Of a stretch of 64,000 nt of DNA, positions 61,886 through 64,000 are shown in pieces. The translations under genes and the position numbers were made by a program. Source of the stretch: an uncultured delta proteobacterium (lineage in GTDB: Bacteria; Desulfobacterota; RBG-13-43-22); contig CAVQFQ010000016.1 of the NCBI GenBank assembly GCA_963711835.1, positions 32,001-96,000 on the forward strand, written 5' to 3'. The notes under the pieces were generated by a model. That model ran no database searches, was not told where the DNA came from, and saw nothing but the letters and a program-made list of their open reading frames with translations. Position 1 is the first letter of the stretch; every line of letters starts with the position of its first letter.

Positions 61886-62647
61886 ATGACCATGTTCAAA
61901 AAAAGGAAAAGCCCTGCCTGGGTTCGGTTTGCTTTAGGCCTCCCTGGATTGGTCTTGTTCCTATTTATGGCTGCCACAACCGTTATGGGAGAGGAAGTTT
62001 TGACCAATCCGGAATCCTTGCTGAACCGGTTTAAGCCTCTCGTGGCCCCCGAGACCTTTAAGGCCGTCCTTCATCTGGAGATTCAGAGACCGGATCGGCC
62101 TTTAAAAAAATATGAACTGGTCGTATGGCAGAAATCGCCGGACCTGGTCAAGATCGTCTTCCAGGCGCCGGCCTCAGAAAAGGGTAAATTTTTGCTCAAA
62201 AAAAAGGACCAGGTTTTTTTATCCCTGCCCGACCTGGAGGAGACCATCTTATTATCCCCGGCCCAGCTCAGCGGCTGGAACTTCTTTTTTGCCGAGAACC
62301 TTTTCCCCTTTTATTTTACCAGGGAGATTCTCTGGGGGGAAAGCCGCCATACGCCGGAGTCCCTGATTCTATCCATAATTCGCAAAACCGACCGCTCCCT
62401 TTGGGTGGAAGCCGCCCTTCTTAAACCGCAGGGCCCCTTAACCGGAGTCACTCTTTATGAACCCTCGGGTAAAAAAATCCGAACCGTGTCCCTGACCTGG
62501 GATTCTTCCGCGGGAAGCGAAAGGCTCAAGGCCCTGAGCATAGAAAATTTTTACCCGGACTCTTATCGAGCCAAAATAGGGATCGAAGATCTCCGCACCA
62601 GGCCCGTATTTCCGGACCGGTTTTTTGAATTAGGGACAAAGCCGTAA
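61886..62647 (+). CDS. LolA-like outer membrane lipoprotein-sorting family protein
   Basis: Signal/TM segment, F.AP.SEKGKFLL, C-terminal PDRFF; follows two Lol-type permeases. Confidence 0.65.
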   Translation: MTMFKKRKSPAWVRFALGLPGLVLFLFMAATTVMGEEVLTNPESLLNRFKPLVAPETFKAVLHLEIQRPDRPLKKYELVVWQKSPDLVKIVFQAPASEKGKFLLKKKDQVFLSLPDLEETILLSPAQLSGWNFFFAENLFPFYFTREILWGESRHTPESLILSIIRKTDRSLWVEAALLKPQGPLTGVTLYEPSGKKIRTVSLTWDSSAGSERLKALSIENFYPDSYRAKIGIEDLRTRPVFPDRFFELGTKP

Positions 62648-62685
62648 CCCCTTCCCCCCTTTTCGGGGGAAGGTGGGGATGGGGG
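62648..62685. repeat. REP-like palindrome / bidirectional terminator
   Basis: CCTTCCCCC-CTTTTC-GGGGGAAGG between convergent genes. Confidence 0.55.
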
Positions 62686-62717
62686 CGGAGGAGCGGATAA
62701 GAAGTTCAGTCCCGGAT

Positions 62718-63569
62718 TCAGGATCCGGATGCGGAAACCAGAATCTCGTTTACCCAATCCATCATCCTTGGTGTAATCTCGTTGTAAACGACCTGGTAGG
62801 CGCGGATTTTTTTACTTAACGAAGTAATGAAGGGAAAGCCGTGGCCGGACAGGTTCCTGGCATTGACCAGCCGTTGAAGAAGCATGAAAGCCGCTTGGGC
62901 CTGGGAGAGAGGCTGGACCCGGAAGGGTTGGTCGGTCTGATATCGGGGAAAGATCAGGATCCGAGGGCGTGCCGACCGGCAGATCCCGCCACCCCGGAAC
63001 AATTCAGGGTCTATCCAGGTCTCACCGCTGAAGAAGGTCTCCGGCGCCTCTCGTCCCTCTGAAGCCACTTTCTCTTTCCAGGAAAGCCCCGAACCGCCTT
63101 TCAAAATGACGGGTCTGGGCAGACCGGATAACACCTCATCTTTTAGACGAACGGCTATGATTTCATCGGTCAGGTAATCAAAGCCCGAAGATACCAGTTG
63201 GGCGGTCAGGGTTGATTTTCCGCTGCCGCTGTCTCCGCAAAGGATGATCCCCTGTTTGTCCCTGGCCACCCCGCCGGCATGAAAAACCGCCTGGCCACAG
63301 GAATGGGCGATCAGACTGCCTACTGCTTCCTGCATCAATCTCCAGAACAACCGGTCGGCAGATAAATCGTGGCCTACCAGGATCTCCCCCTTCCAGAGCT
63401 CAAAGGTGTCGTCCATCTCTCTGTTGATGTGAAAAATAACCGCCGGGGAGACGGCCCGGGCCGGCAGGCAATGGCGAAAATGGCGGCCGAGCCGGCTCAG
63501 GATAACCGGATCCTGGCCTTCTATTTCCACACTTACCTCGCCGAACTGGAGGACCAGGGGGTCAGCCAT
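62718..63569 (-). CDS. HPr-kinase-related P-loop protein
   Basis: FHAGGV, GDSGSGKST, YLTDE, PRP. Confidence 0.8.
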   Translation of the reverse strand: MADPLVLQFGEVSVEIEGQDPVILSRLGRHFRHCLPARAVSPAVIFHINREMDDTFELWKGEILVGHDLSADRLFWRLMQEAVGSLIAHSCGQAVFHAGGVARDKQGIILCGDSGSGKSTLTAQLVSSGFDYLTDEIIAVRLKDEVLSGLPRPVILKGGSGLSWKEKVASEGREAPETFFSGETWIDPELFRGGGICRSARPRILIFPRYQTDQPFRVQPLSQAQAAFMLLQRLVNARNLSGHGFPFITSLSKKIRAYQVVYNEITPRMMDWVNEILVSASGS

Positions 63570-63578
63570 GGTTTAGGA

Positions 63579-63851
63579 TCAATCCAGGACCAAGACCCTG
63601 GTTTCAACAAAAAGCTGCAGGGTCTCATTCACATCCTCTTTAATCTGCTCGGCGGACTCCGGATAGGCTTCGCTCAGGAGCTGCTTGATCTCAGCTACGG
63701 TTCGTTGACCGTCACAGAGTTTCCAGATCAAAGCGGCGCTGGGGTTGCTGTGCAGGACCTGGGTGCTGTCCGGATGAATAAGGACCAATTCGCCTTCCAT
63801 GATTTCGGCTTGGCAATCAGGAACAGGCCTGGGACGGGCGGTTTCCAGCAT
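63579..63851 (-). CDS. PqqD/RRE-family protein (start at 63851 or 63872)
   Basis: NPSAALIWKLCDGQRTVAEI...L...Y...DV. Confidence 0.85.
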   Translation of the reverse strand: MLETARPRPVPDCQAEIMEGELVLIHPDSTQVLHSNPSAALIWKLCDGQRTVAEIKQLLSEAYPESAEQIKEDVNETLQLFVETRVLVLD

Positions 63852-63874
63852 AGGTTCCTCCTCAGGGAGCATTC

Positions 63875-63927
63875 GGCCGTCAGCAGACAGCACGCATCCG
63901 GAAAAGATCTTTTCCGGATGGACACTA
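63875..63927. repeat. MITE-like repeat, copy 3, containing a 26-bp perfect palindrome
   Basis: GCCGTCAGCAGAC followed by CATCCGGAAAAGATCTTTTCCGGATG-GACACTA; same terminal motif as 57808-57821. Confidence 0.6.
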
Positions 63928-64000
63928 ATTTAATTAAATTCTTTATAAATCGCAACCGGAAAGACCTTTTCAATGAATCAAAGGCAGGGATACTTTGGAA

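Overview
64 kb of a gene-dense, moderately GC-rich bacterial chromosome. A Desulfobacterota/deltaproteobacterial origin is inferred from the sigma54 regulation, the selenoprotein and the gene content. 1-4.6 kb holds a partial ctpA, a TolC-family gene and an MgtE-cytosolic-domain + NRAMP-like transporter pair. About 5-40 kb is a large cell-envelope glycosylation/modification region: three polyprenyl-type GT2s, a flippase-like protein, four GT-C-like membrane proteins with C-terminal sugar-binding-like modules, AsnB, a GlpD-like oxidoreductase, several methyltransferases, a B12 radical SAM, tandem SGNH hydrolases and OpgC. At 40-44 kb is the most notable locus, which the ORF track splits or misses: a sigma54 promoter drives a 32-aa peptide ending in EGC, a TusA-like sulfur carrier and a 455-aa exported heme-c/triple-rhodanese protein with an in-frame TGA followed by a SECIS-like hairpin (likely selenoprotein); a PAS-sigma54 activator is divergent. 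44-64 kb holds enolase, ABC/MFS transporters, mutY, dinB, a radical SAM, an ATP-grasp enzyme, a FabG-ACP-thioesterase-Lol-like cassette and a PqqD + HPr-kinase-like pair. Six genes are broken by small indels, nearly all single extra bases, which look like long-read errors. Several families of small intergenic palindromic or MITE-like repeats are present. No rRNA, tRNA, CRISPR array or transposase was recognised.
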